Shown here: positions 1 to 15,300 of the stretch, one piece after another | How the letters are laid out: each line of letters begins with the position of its first letter | Position numbering within the stretch: the stretch's first letter is position 1 | From: Dimorphilus gyrociliatus | Lineage: Eukaryota > Animalia > Annelida | Reading direction: 5' to 3' | Assembly: GCA_904063045.1 (NCBI GenBank) | Contig: CAJFCJ010000019.1 | Location: forward strand, 1,813,700-1,877,699 | Length of the DNA stretch: 64,000 nucleotides | The notes under the pieces: generated by a model | What the model was told of the DNA's origin: nothing | The model's database searches: none | What the model saw: the letters and a program-made list of their open reading frames with translations, nothing else | Made by a program: the position numbers and the translations under genes

Positions 1-60
1 AGAGTAAGAGTTTTATCAATGATTAATTTAATTCTTTTATGTAATAAATAATATTAATAG

Positions 61-1287
61 GGGAATTAAGGAAAAGAATTTTTTTCTTCATTATGAAGTA
101 AGATACTCTTTGAATATTTTATTTCTTTGAAATTTATTCTCAATCTCTCTCTCTATATATATATATAGTTTCCTCCATATGCTACGAACGAGGTTGGAAG
201 GTTAAATTGGGGAAGGAGAGAAATTGGACATGGCGCTTTAGCAGAAAGAGCGTTGAGACCGCTCATTCCGTCAAATTTTCCTTTCACCTTAAGATTATCT
301 GCAGAAGTACTTGAATCTAATGGATCCTCCTCTATGGCTTCGGTTTGCGCTGGAAGTCTTGCATTGTATGATGCTGGAGTCCCTATCGACGAAGCAGCAG
401 CAGGAGTTGCTATTGGACTTATGACAAAGGATGATGATTATAGAGTTCTAACAGATTTATTGGTTGGCTCAGAATATTTTTTTTTAATATCAAATTTGAC
501 GAATTCTGAATTCAACTTTCAAACAAACAGGGTATTGAAGATTACATGGGTGATATGGACTTTAAATTAGCTGGCACAAAGCAGGGTGTTACGGCAATAC
601 AAGCCGATATTAAAATTCCAGGAGTGCCTTTGAAAATTATGATGGAAGCCATCCAAAAAGGAATGCAGGCAAAGAAGAAAATTTTAGATAAAATGAATGC
701 TGTATTACCAAATCCAAGCGAACCAAAATCAAATAGACCAGTCGTAGAAGAAATCGAAGTTCCACTCCAAAAAAGAGCGAAATTTCTTGGAGCTGGAGGC
801 TTTAATCTTAAAAGGATATTACTTGATACAGGAGTTTCAATCACGCAAATCGACGATACTAAATTTAATATATTCGCTCCAAATTCTGATAGTTTCAATG
901 AAGCTAGAGAAAAAATTGATGAATTGTTGCAAGATGAGGTTAATACTTTTTTTTATTAGTTGATTGATTTATTGCTCATAGCTATTATAATCTATTTAAC
1001 AGAAAGAGATTACACTAGAGTTCGGAGCAATTTATGACGCTTCTATTGTTGAAATAAGAGATTACGGCGTTATGGTTAAATTATACGAAACTATGCAACC
1101 ATCTTTAATACATGTATCGCAATTGGATCAAAAAAGAGTTCAGCATCCATCGGCTCTCGGTCTAGAAGTTGGACAAGAGATTAAAGTTAAATATTTCGGA
1201 AGAGATCCAGCCGATGGCAAAATGCGTTTATCCCGTAAAGTTTTACAAACGACAAATCCAGTTGCTAGATCAACTTTAAAAAAATAA
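61..1287 (+). CDS. PNPT1: Polyribonucleotide nucleotidyltransferase 1 (mitochondrial PNPase), 3' part; gene starts left of the window
   Basis: Exons encode KNFFLHYE|[38 protein letters not shown] and GDMDFKLAG (RNase PH domain 2), then KH (IIGAGG-like FLGAGG) and S1 ([18 protein letters not shown]) domains; short GT-AG introns. Confidence 0.95.
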
Positions 1288-1586
1288 TTTAGGCCTAAAA
1301 CTCTATTTGTTAAATATTTTGTATTTAAAAAATGACGGTTAATATTAATTTTAAATAAAAACATAAAAAAGGTAAGAGAGCCTAAGCACAGCAAAAAAAC
1401 GAATGATCTATAATTTTCCATCAGAAATTAGTTAATAAATTAATAAAGTAAAATAACCTATTAAAAAACGTTAGATATTTTTGATTGTTTAAAAGCGTCG
1501 ATTTGAACCTAAAACACAAAAAAGACCTAAAAAAAAACAGAAAAACAATACAATAAAGGAAAAAGAAGAAAGAATCACTAAAAAGC

Positions 1587-2782
1587 ATGAGAAGAACAAT
1601 GGGAACTATGAATGAAAATGATAGAAATAATAACAATAACAGAAGATCTAGAAGTATTAATAAGAAAAAACATAGTACTACAAATAGTATAAAGAATTTT
1701 GATAAATATATTATTAATCCTTCACCTGTAATCTCTGATTGGACAATTCCGCATATACATTTAATCAAGTTAACAGCCACAATTGAAGAAAAACCAACTA
1801 AAATTGATACCAAATCACCAGCCGTCCTTAAATATCGAACGCCTCATTTTGAGTAAAAAATATCTCCCTTTTCTTGGGTCATTTAAAATTCTAATTACTT
1901 TTTAATATATTTTTTTTTCTTTAAAAAAAAAAGAGCTAGGGCTACAGTTCAAATTCCTTGTATCGAAAGTGAGGTTGCCGTTCAAATCGGTTGGATTCAG
2001 ACGTGTACTGATATGATATTTTTAAACACCTACGATAATATTGGAGTGTCTGTATTTATAAATTTTTAACGATATATTTGTATATCTATAATAGAAAAGT
2101 TGTTTAATATAGGACAAGTTGGGAATTTCCGGAATTAGATACAGAGATGCGTCGAATTTCGGCTAGAAAAGGTCGATCGATAGCAATGATATCGGATTCT
2201 GATGGTAAACATTATCCATGGTATGGTGCAAAGACAGAAATGAAAACTATTCGTGGTCCAACTACAAAGCCAACAGAAGTTACTGTGGTAATGGACGATA
2301 ATTTTTTCCCCAATGTTACTTGGTATATACCTGAGCATACTTGGGGTAAACAACCTAGATTACAGCATATCTATAGAAAGCAGCATTTCCTAACTTCTTT
2401 GGCTTTGAGGATTAATTCTAAAATTCACGTTATCAAAACAATAGCTTGGCATATGGAAATTGAAATTGACGTTAATCCCGAAAAGAGGCAAGCATCGTTA
2501 GTTGGACCATATTATCAAGATCAGCCAGAACTATTAAAAGAAGCGGTAAAAATTTCACGTTCAGCTTTAAATCCACCAAATGCGAATAATTGTCAAACTT
2601 TAATATGGAGACCTTTCAAACCAGAATTAGGTTCACCAACAATAATTGTACCTCCAAAAGATTTTAAAATACCAATTGATCAATATCTAAGCGAAACTAA
2701 GGATAAAATTCGTCATTTTCACAATTATCTACCACTTCACCACGTAATACACAATTATGTCGAACCAGCGGAAGAAGATTAA
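1587..2782 (+). CDS. FAM78: FAM78 family protein (3 coding exons; start codon uncertain)
   Basis: Motifs LKYRTPHF, IGWIQTC, SWEFP, ISDSDGKHYPWYG, MDDNFFPNVTW, PNANNCQTLIWRP match FAM78A/B as I recall them. Confidence 0.85.
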
Positions 2783-3322
2783 AAAACGAAACAATAAGGA
2801 AAAAGAACCAATCATATTGTCTATTTCCTCTATCTTTCTTCCTTTAATAATTGTTTTTCTTTTTTTTTTCAATTGATAAAATTTTCATCACCTTGTTTCC
2901 ATCTTTTCAAGGTAACAAAGTACTCAGCCACATTTCAATTTTACCATTTAGTATTATAGTAGACTAAGGAAATAGTCGATTTTTTTTCTTATATATATCT
3001 ATATATAAATCTGACACAAACAAGATAAAAGCTGTTGCAGAGACTCTTTTCTTAAAGGAATAATCATTATGATGATAATCTTATTTTAAGATAAATAGAC
3101 TTTTCCAATGATATCAATATTAAATGTATATTTATTTTCGTTAAAGCACACTAAAATTGACCTTGACGTATCTTAATGAGTATCGCGGTCGTTGTACAAA
3201 ATACACGGCGTAGTTTTCTACGGTGAGTTACACATGTTAAAGCGTAACATGCAAATGAGGTTGATTTGCAGATATTTCCTTTTTTTTCATATATACGTAA
3301 TTGATTCATAAAATCGTATTTT

Positions 3323-3460
3323 AACCGTCTTTGTCTTGGGGTGAGCGCCTTTTCGATGAGGTTTACTGAGAGGAGGCCTGCTGACACCGAGATTAAAAAT
3401 TTACCCCTACCGTTTGCCTTTGTTGGTGAATAGGTAGAATTTTTAGAGCCCGAAAAGGCA
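3323..3460 (+). ncRNA. RNU4ATAC: U4atac minor-spliceosome snRNA
   Basis: 5' AACCGUCUUUGUCUUGGGGU resembles the U4atac 5' end that pairs with U6atac; stem GCCUUUUC/GAGGAGGC with K-turn GAU-GA..UGA; stem-I segment CUGCUGAC; Sm site AAUUUUUAG at 3438-3446 followed by terminal hairpin GCC-CGAAAA-GGC; ~138 nt. Confidence 0.85.
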
Positions 3461-3719
3461 TATAATCATTTATTGAACTTATTAATAATATACGAGAATT
3501 TGACACGATTACTTGTTCTCACGTATTGAAGGTTTATAAGATAAAAAAAATCTGACACATTTTTTCAATTCTGTTTTAATCATATGAAAGTCATATGCCT
3601 GAATTTACTATACTGCACTTCTGACAGTTAACTAAAGAAATACTTAATTCTCATAAACAATAACCTACAAGGAATAAACATTACAACAATATTCAAAAAT
3701 AAGTCTAGTAATTTCTTCT

Positions 3720-6290
<2,571 letters not shown>

Positions 6291-6987
6291 AGATAGAGCA
6301 ACAGTTCCAAGACGAGGAGAACCAAGGAGAGAAGCTGTATGGCAGGTATTCTTTGAAAAGAACGAAGCTAACATTAACAAAATGGCTATCAATATTATTT
6401 AAAGTAGTTCCGTTGGCGTATTACTTGATTCTACTACGACTCTTATTGGTGATTTTATTACGTCTTAAATATAATATTATTAACGATCTTATAGATATTT
6501 TAGTCGGTATTGATAGTTAATATCTTAAGCTATTTAGTGATTTAATTTAACTTATAAGACGTGAAATGAGAATAACCTGTCGAACTAAATTAGTTGCATT
6601 TTTTTCCGCGGTTCATTTCAAATGTATGGTCTATTTAAAATGTTACAAGTAATGAATAATAATCAAACATTACATGAAAGGAATGCTAGGCGAGTTAAAT
6701 ACTTAAATTAAAAGGAAGAAATACAATTCTATTGTTTTATTATTTAAAAGGAACATTCGATATTTCGCATGTTAATTGAAATACTAAATTTTTAAATAAA
6801 AAGAAAGATCGAAACGATATTAAGTAAATGTAAAATAAATGAATTTCACTAGCAAATGTTTACTTGTATAATTTTATTTAAAAAAGTTATTATTGATTTA
6901 AATTACAAAAGGCAATATATGAAGAAAAAAAAAATCTCTTGTGTATGCATAATTTGTTTGATCAATATGTACATGCTTATTTATAAT

Positions 6988-7194
6988 TCAATTACGATTG
7001 AGATTTTGATTGCTAATCTCCCTATCTTTCCATGTGTTTTCTTGTTCGATCACTTGGTCAGGTTCGTTGTCTTGATCGTTGTATATATAATCTTCTCTAG
7101 GTATATTTATGTCCTCCGACGGTAAAACATCTTTTCGCCAGTCATCGTCAATAATGTCAATAAGATAACCATCATTTAAAGCTTTTGTGTCCAT
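6988..7194 (-). CDS. ANAPC13: Anaphase-promoting complex subunit 13
   Basis: 68 aa: DGYLIDIIDDDWRKDVLPSEDINIP...EQENTWKD matches the Apc13 pattern (D.IDD.W..D.LP.ED..IP; EQE..W.D). Confidence 0.85.
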   Translation of the reverse strand: MDTKALNDGYLIDIIDDDWRKDVLPSEDINIPREDYIYNDQDNEPDQVIEQENTWKDREISNQNLNRN

Positions 7195-8632
7195 TGCGAA
7201 ATATCATCAATTGTATGCGCAATTATAGTTTTAAAGGCGCAATCGATAACGTTTCCAATTCGTTAAACAACAGAAAAGAATTCAAACAGTCCAGCCAAAG
7301 TAATGTAGTATCCCTATTCTACTAAGGCGAAATATTCTTAATTTATGAATAAACCGGTAAGACACCGGTTGTAAGGTATTAGAAAAAAGCGGAACCGGTG
7401 TCTTTGTTATAAATGATACAAAGAACTCCCACAAATATTTTCAATAATACTTTTCTTTTTTCTTTTTTTTTAGAAATACTCATTGTTATAGAATTTGAAC
7501 TATGTCGGTTATTTTAACTTGTTTAAAATGTGTTTGAACTAGTTGGCCGTCTATTTCTCATAAAATATTTCCACAATAGAACATAATAGTTACAAAGCCA
7601 TTATTAAACTATCATAATTTACTAATTAATATTGGTGAAAAGAAATAATATTGTTCACAAGTTGTAAAGATATATAAATAGTAAAATATATGCTCGGAAA
7701 ATCGCTAATACTATAATTCGTTATTCACTTAAATAGAAAATTATAGAAAGGTAAAGAAGGAAGAAAACGATGGGGAAAGAGATTTTGTGGTAAAAGTTAA
7801 CAATTAATAAAATTGGGTTAATATTTACTTAAAAAAGTATAATTTTATTAAAAAACATATCATACACATCGTAGGTGTTGCTCTTTAGCTATTAGCATTG
7901 CTTTACTAGCTTAGTCAAAGCGAAAAAGGTCAATCGAAAATTGCTTAATTCAATATATGGTATTATTGAATTTTAGATGAGGTCTACAGTTTTTTCCCTT
8001 TTTTTTTACAAATAGATTTAAATTTGTTATTTTTTCTCTATAAGAAACATTAATATATATAAATTTATATATAAAAGAGTATATAGAGTATATACTGTAT
8101 ATATACTAATATATATATAATCATATAGAAAGATGGAAGAAGAAAGAACCAGAGAAAATTTATTATTTTGTACTTTATGAAGGAGAAAATAAGTTAGAAT
8201 TCATAATACTAATAAACCTGACATAAACTATAAAAAAACTAGGTTATAATAGTTAAAAATAAAAACAAATAGTAGTTGCTTTTAGCTTGGGATAGGCTGT
8301 TCATGTTTTTTTAGTGACACTCTAAAATATATTTAACTGAGTGATAGGCTTACAAAATATATTTTAATGTTTTATTGTCAATATTCCGGGCCTAAATAGC
8401 TTTTTTTGTTTTTTCGAATGATATAGGGACAAACAAATACAAACAATATATAAATAAAAACTAAAGTGCAAAGAGAAATTAGGGAGTAAAACTTATCATT
8501 TTTCCTTTTAAAGATAGATAATAAGTAAAAAGGTAATAGGGTTTTAGGTTTTGTTTTCCTGTATTTTTTTTGATTGTCGATGTTGCAATAAAGAAAATTG
8601 AAAGGAAAATAATAAATAAAAGATTCAATTCA

Positions 8633-9799
8633 TCACTTTCCTTTTTGAATGCGTCCTGATCCCTTTGATTGATAATATATTCTTCTTTTATCATTTCTTA
8701 TCATAGTTTGAAGGAATCTTCTTAATGAATTTTCATCCACTTCCTCGTTATTGGTATTTACTGAGGAAAGTGACAGCAGCAGATAAAAAAAGGTTACTAT
8801 GGGATTAGATTATGAAGAAATGTATTATTACCTTGTCTTTTTTCCATTATTTGATCTATTAAAATGAATAAACAATGAAAAGTAAGTTTAATTCGATGGA
8901 AAAAAATTAAATAGTTTTATTTTTAGTTCAAGTTCTAACCTTTAATAAGAAAATCTTTTAGAAAAGATCTGAAGAGTGGTCCTCCTATGGAAAAAGATTA
9001 TTAATTATTGAACAGTCATAAATGCGTATCCAGATAAAAAAAGAGAATGACCTTTAATAGATAATGAAATAGCTATTTATTGAAATGTCTCGCTAATTAC
9101 TGAAAGAGCTTATTTTAAAACTTACTCAATAACTCGATCGCCTCACCATTTGCTCCGTTCTTCTCCATATCTAAAAGCATTAAAAATGTAAAAATAACTA
9201 GTAAAATTGAACGGTAACTTGAACCTGAAAAGGGTTTATTTGTTCACTTTACTAGATAATTGAAAATTTGCGTGATTGAGTTATTTGTACAGAAAGCTTT
9301 ATTAATGGAATAGAAATTATAAATAACTGAAAAAGTTTATTTTTTTTTGTTTTATCGATACAAACTATATTTTTTTTATAAAAAGAAAGTAAAAACTTTT
9401 TAATTAATACTTTTTTCATTTTTTTATCTATAATATCAATAAAAATAACCTTTTTTTTTAGAGTATTCTAAGCAATTTAATGAATGAATGTAAACTTTAT
9501 AAATGGTAAGTGTAGGGCGTCTAATTTTTTATTTTTAATGCGTAGAAAATATTTATACGAGTATATATTTAATATATACTATAAATATATACTATATATA
9601 ATGTATATATACTGTATATACTCCTTTTTTTTTTAGTTAAAGAATATCATTCACTTATATTACGAACGTTTACACGCAAACATACCGTCTCTCTCATTCA
9701 CTTACTCACACATACACACTCTCTTCTCTACTTACCCTGATATTGTAAAGAATGGATTGAAAATAAACAAGTTAAGAAAAGTACTAAAATCTTTTTCAT
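8633..9799 (-). CDS. Putative neuropeptide/prohormone precursor (~100 aa, 5 exons)
   Basis: Exons 9799-9736, 9170-9126, 8984-8940, 8855-8832, 8760-8633, all joined by phase-1 GT-AG introns: MKKILVLFLTCLFSIHSLQYQDMEKNGANGEAIELLRGPLFRSFLKDFLIKDQIMEKRQVNTNNEEVDENSLRRFLQTMIRNDKRRIYYQSKGSGRIQKGK*. Signal peptide, KR and KRR sites, C-terminal GK amidation signal. Confidence 0.75.
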
Positions 9800-9834
9800 C
9801 TCTATGAATTGTTCCAATCAACATTCAACGCTAA

Positions 9835-9880
9835 AATGAAGTGACGTCTAAAGCTAATGTGGATTTTATAAGCCCCGCCC
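9835..9880 (-). promoter_or_regulatory. Core promoter of the neuropeptide-like gene (GC box, TATA, Inr)
   Basis: Minus strand reads GGGCGGGGC-TTATAAAA (TATA 9870-9864), with an Inr-like TCATT ~33 nt downstream and TGACGTC (CRE-like) at 9842-9848. Confidence 0.55.
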
Positions 9881-10137
9881 AGATATGATAATAATTTTTT
9901 ATAGTTCTTGTACTTATAGTTCTTTTTAAAGTTCATCGGCTTATTTTTTAACTTTATAAGAATAAAAAAATCAATAAGTTCCCGTCTGACTATTTTATTT
10001 TAGACTATCGATTACTATTTAACACTTTTGAGTATACATAACCTATCTTTCCATATCGTTTTCTATTTAAAAGCAATTATCCAATATTGCTAATAAATAT
10101 TGCAGGTTTAGGAGAAAAGGCTATTTTTTATATCTAA

Positions 10138-10199
10138 TTAATTTTCGTAGGAATATAGATTCCATATGCGATATCTATATATATATATATATATGGATG

Positions 10200-10230
<31 letters not shown>

Positions 10231-10653
10231 TTAACATATATATATATATATATAGATGAAATGCAAACATACAGATTTTGATTGTAATGTATTGGAAATA
10301 ATAGTACAATAACATTGACGAGGTTTAAATACAAGTGACGGCTTTTTTTGAATCCAAAAGTCCTTGTTAGTAAAGCTGTTTTAGGTACACTAACAAAAAA
10401 TATGCAGTTCGTTAATACACCTTCAATGCAATTGACGCTATTCAAATCATTTTGATCAAGTTCTATTGGCTGCTTTATAGATTTTATTCTCCACCCTTGC
10501 CCTTCCTTTTCAATATCTCCCACATATGAATAACTATAGGAAATTTAAACAGGTAGCCGATTCCTTTCTTCTTCGGTCTATTCCGAGATTATATGTTCTT
10601 AATAGTTGAAGAGACCTTACTTTTGACAACGCCCCCGTATTGAAATCACTCAT
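10138..10653 (-). CDS. Possible small hypothetical protein (~100-115 aa)
   Basis: Open exon 10533-10270 (GDIEKEGQGWRIKS...FPIHYNQNL) with acceptor cctatag, donor gtatgt, a (TA)n intron and terminal exon YRIWNLYSYEN*; first exon and start uncertain; no family recognised. Confidence 0.3.
10160..10255. repeat. (TA)n microsatellite cluster
   Basis: Interrupted TA runs seen directly. Confidence 0.9.
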
Positions 10654-10671
10654 TTATCAGTTATAGCGAAA

Positions 10672-11541
10672 ATGTGTACGAAGGGTGTCGTTTCCTCTCC
10701 TATCATTGTGAAGGCATTATTGTTTTTAATTCTTCCCATCAATGTTATTTGTAGCTTATTTTCTTTTGTCGCACCATTTTGGTTGTTGAGAAAGATTACG
10801 ATGAAAGCTACAAGTCCTACTAGAGATGTAACACGCATAATTATGAAAGGACTTTGGATGACTTGTCAGGATGGAGGTGTTGACTTTGCAGGAAAAGAGG
10901 AAACCGGTACCACCTGTTCCAAGTACGATGATGATACCGTTTTAGGTGAGTTGATCGTTATTTTTATTCACTTACAGAACGTTCTTTTCACAAAATTGTA
11001 TTTTATTGAAGACTACTTTAACGTCTCAAGAATTTTTATGACTGTGGGAACATTTTGCACATGCGTTTGTCTTGTTGGAGTAATCTTTTTCGTTATTCGG
11101 CTAAAAGGTTTAAGAATCATCGCCTTTTGTAACGTTCTCTCAGCTGTTGCAGGTTAGATTTTGGGAGGGGTCATACTTTAAATTTTAGGCCTATTTAAAA
11201 TGAAAAAAATTTTTTGTTTAGCTGTGTCGAAGACAGTTTGTGTTACTATTCAAGGAATTGATTATAGAATAGTCCAGAAGGCCACAGGGTTTGACTTACA
11301 TGCATCTTTTTATATTGGCTGTATAAGTTCACTGTTATCATTACTTTCGGTTTTCTTCATTTCGCTATTGCTGATTAACTACTACTCCGGAAAATACGAA
11401 GAGGAAAGCGTCGATGACAATTACATTTCGAGACCAAGATACGGAGGTAATTATAAAGGACCACCAATTGGAAGACAAATGAGACCACAGTCGTTCGAAT
11501 ACGGCCGAATTCACTCTCAAATGCCTGGAGTTCGTTATTAA
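10672..11541 (+). CDS. Claudin/PMP22-superfamily tetraspan membrane protein
   Basis: Four hydrophobic segments; first loop with W...GLWMTC...C signature; introns after 10946 and 11153. Confidence 0.8.
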
Positions 11542-12281
11542 TCAAGATGACTTTAATTCCTTTCCATAGAAATTTCATAATTTAACAAGTGAGCATAACC
11601 CATGCAATAGTGATCAATCGTTCTACCTATGACTTCCTTTTATGCATGAAAAGATGAAAACGTTTATATTTTTCTACTTTTAGATATATGTATAAATACT
11701 TTTTAAAAAATACAAAGAATCGATTTTGGTTCATTTATATCATTAAAGAAATTGTTCAATACTATGAATTTTATATTAAAGAAATATCTTGTAAAAATGC
11801 GAATATGTCAAATTTTTTTCAATTAAAAAAATAAACTCCCTGTTACCCTTTCTCCCCTTTCCCTTACTGTGTAATCAATGAAGATATATTTATAGAATTA
11901 TATACTAGTGTATATTTATTTATAACTCTACAGTATATAAACAATAAATACTAGTTTTTTTTTAGATTAATGCCCTCGGTTGTAAAGAATTCGCAAGCCT
12001 GTATTCCTTATTTTTTTCCACGAATATTTGCACACCGTCAAGTAAAACGACAACGCAACTATACGAAAAAAAATGACAATATTTAAAAAATATGGCAATA
12101 TACGCGCGTATATTATAACAACTGGAACAATTCTAAACCGAATAGCTTAACCAACTACATGTTTTCGATAGCACCAAAAATTGTTTATAAATGACATTAA
12201 ATGTGGCACGAACTTGACTAGATATAGCAGTTGTTTTTTTTTTGTTTACCTTAATTATACAGGCAGGATTGTTACTTAATT

Positions 12282-12338
12282 GTATATATATATACAGTAT
12301 ATATATATATATATATGTGTATGTGTATGTGTGTGTGT
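12282..12338. repeat. (TA)n/(TG)n microsatellite
   Basis: Seen directly. Confidence 0.85.
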
Positions 12339-15300
12339 TTATATTGTTCTTTTTTTTAATATTTTTTGTTTCTTTTCGCTTCCTTTAGCAAGCTTGGCAA
12401 GAAATTGTCCTTTTTTTCTCTTTTTTTTTCGTAAAGTTTCATTTACTTGGATGCCTCTGATGAAATGGCTTTATATTGTAAGTTTTTGGCGGTAATTGGG
12501 GCGTTCCATTGGGGACGTCGCGAGATGAGTGACGCCTATTTGGTAGGCTGTGGAACTCTTCCGCATTAGTTGGGGGAGGAGATGGAGGGGCCGAGTTAAC
12601 TCTGCTGTAAAGTTTCATATTTAATTTCTTTTTTCGAATAAAGATATGTTTGGATAATAGTTTTTACCTTGTCTGTATTCTCGGAGGTAATGGGGGGGCC
12701 GCTGGTCTCGTTCTTGGAGGAATTACAGGTTTACTTTTATACGTCCTAGGTGGTACATTAGGAGGTGTGTCAGTGGCAGGACTGGAAGAAACTAATGCCG
12801 AATGTGGAGTTCCAGGAGGAGTGGATGAGCAAGATGATGCTCTTGAATCGTAACTTTCTTCAACTGGAGATGCTGCTGAAATTTTACTTGGCGTAGATGG
12901 TATAGCATCACTAGTCGACTGAATGGGCGTCTTTGTTGTTAATATTGAATACTTCGTACCAGGAGATCGTAATTGATACTGGCGTTTCTTTTCAAACTTA
13001 GGTAAAGATTGTCGAGGACAGTTTCTAGGTTCTATTTGCATGCTTCGTTCATAAAAATATGTCTCCAACTCATGAGATGATTTATCTTCGTGAGGGTTTA
13101 AGCTTTCCAAAAAATTTCGAATTTTCATTTCAACATGCAGGCAGTAAGGTAAATTCTGATTTTGCTGAATCTCGTTTGTAATATCTGCTATTTTCCGACA
13201 TTTGCCGAAATTTATTAGATTCGGATTCTTTTGTAAAAAGTCGGCGTTGCCGACTTCCGTTAAAAGAAGGTGATTTAGAGATGCTCCTAAAAATAAGAAA
13301 AATTGAATATTGTATTGATATATTATGATAAATGAAAAGTAAGAATATGGTTACAAACCTAAAAATGGAACGCACGGCGGATTGATATTTCGTAATCTCT
13401 CAAAATATTTTCGATTATGATTATGACAAAATTCTTCGGCTTCCTCAAGAGTTTTTAGGAATTTAGCCCGATTTTGAATACCCTATAGGATTGAATAGTA
13501 TTATTCGTGCTAAACATATCACTAATATAGAAAGAGATAGTATTACCTCTAATTGCCTCGTATGAGTTAATCGATGAACAGAAGCTGATGTAAGGGCAGA
13601 GGCAACTTCAATCACTCCCGAAAAGTTGTTCAAATCGTAAAAACTTATATATAATTCAAGAACTCTATGAAGAACTTGCGTTCTCTCTTCAATATTCCCT
13701 GTTTCGACAATAGTCTTAACAAGCCAATAAGTAAAGCGGGTAGAAAAGTCAATTGCTTTTAAAATATTTGGTGATGTTTCATATTTATCCGCTTTTGTCC
13801 ATAATGATCCAACCATTTCGGAAGATTTGATAGCCTTAAATAAATCAAATTCTAGAAGAGTGACTTGTCTTGCTAACTCCACGGGATGTAGCTAAAAATA
13901 GATAGGATAGAGAATACATGAAATTAATATTTCTCTTAATAGGATTAATTAATTGTTATAAAAATACAAGATAAACTAATAAAATTTCCAAATTAATACT
14001 TACAGACATCAAATCGTATTCGACTGTATTGTCTTTTGTAGCAATATGCCATAGTATAGGAGGTGGTTCGGAGCTATAGCAATAATCAATTTTTACCTCC
14101 CTTTGTTCTCTCTATGAAAGACGATAAGTGACTTTGGTAAAGCGATAATGAAATCTAAAATTACCTTGCGTTGAAGGACTTTTTTTACATTTTCTAACCA
14201 CTTGCTCATGCTTTTGTCTTTTGAACTACCTAGGAAGTTTTCGAGTTTCTTCAAAAGTTCCTGATTCATTTCAAAGTCATACCAATGTTGATCTACCCAA
14301 TGCTTTAAAACATTCAGTGTCCTAATGAAGTAAAGGAAACAAAGGATTATTTTAATAGTAATAGCAATTTCTAATCCTCTTTCTAATTAGTATTAATTAA
14401 AGAAAATTAATGAAACCTCATCTGAATCGGCTTGACGTATTCCTTTCTATAACGTTTACTTGGACAAACGGAAGTTTCTAAATCCAAATAGAGAGGAATG
14501 TCGTAACGTTCTATCAAGAGATCTAGTAGTTGTTCTGGTTGACAAAACGTCCGATATGTGGTCAAGAATGTCCTAATGAAGCTCGGATTGAACGAAGAAG
14601 GTGGTGTGAGCTTTTCGACTAGTTTTAATAAGGTAGCTCCGCGTATCGATTCGCATTCTGCCTCGCTGCTGCAATTTTCGTCATACTCAATATTTGATTT
14701 GCTATCTTCTTCTGTGAATTTATATTCAGCAGACGGAATTTTAGGTAACGGCTGATTTCTTTCCTCTTCAGTTATTTTCATATCAAGCAACTTATCTAAA
14801 GTACTTCTGACGAGTATATGGACAATAGCTGCCATCCAATTATTCTTTTCCTGCGCCGATTTGCATACAAAGATAGAGGCATGTTCATCCGTTACCAATT
14901 TAAAAGCATTCTCTGAAACACCCTTATCATCCTTAAGGTCTTGAAGATCCATGCCTTTCTTTGGATAGAATTTCTCTTTAAATCTATACTCCAGCTGTTC
15001 ACCAGAGGGAATTACATTCAACTTTTTAATTTGTTGCTTGGCAACAATAAGTACACCGTCGAATAAGAAAAGATATCGTTCTTTCACTCTCTGTTTTCCG
15101 AACCATTTGTTGAGTCGTCCTTCTATAAAAGTTTAATTGAGGGGAAGAGGAAAAAAAAACAAATTAAAAAGGAAGCTTGATGAATGGGTATTGTATTATC
15201 TTTTCTTTATTAAAAGAAGAGATAGCAAGACAAAGAGAGAATATAAGAAACTTGTAATAATAGAATAAAGGGATGACAAACCCATGACAAATTGTTCGCA

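Noticed and set aside
1421-1813. 130-aa hydrophobic minus-strand ORF
   Set aside because: Antisense to the FAM78 5' region and low-complexity A-rich sequence
3151-3387. 78-aa minus-strand ORF
   Set aside because: Overlaps the U4atac gene and its upstream region; no recognisable protein features
8479-8694. 71-aa ORF from the track
   Set aside because: Wrong frame; the spliced neuropeptide precursor uses another frame and stops at 8633
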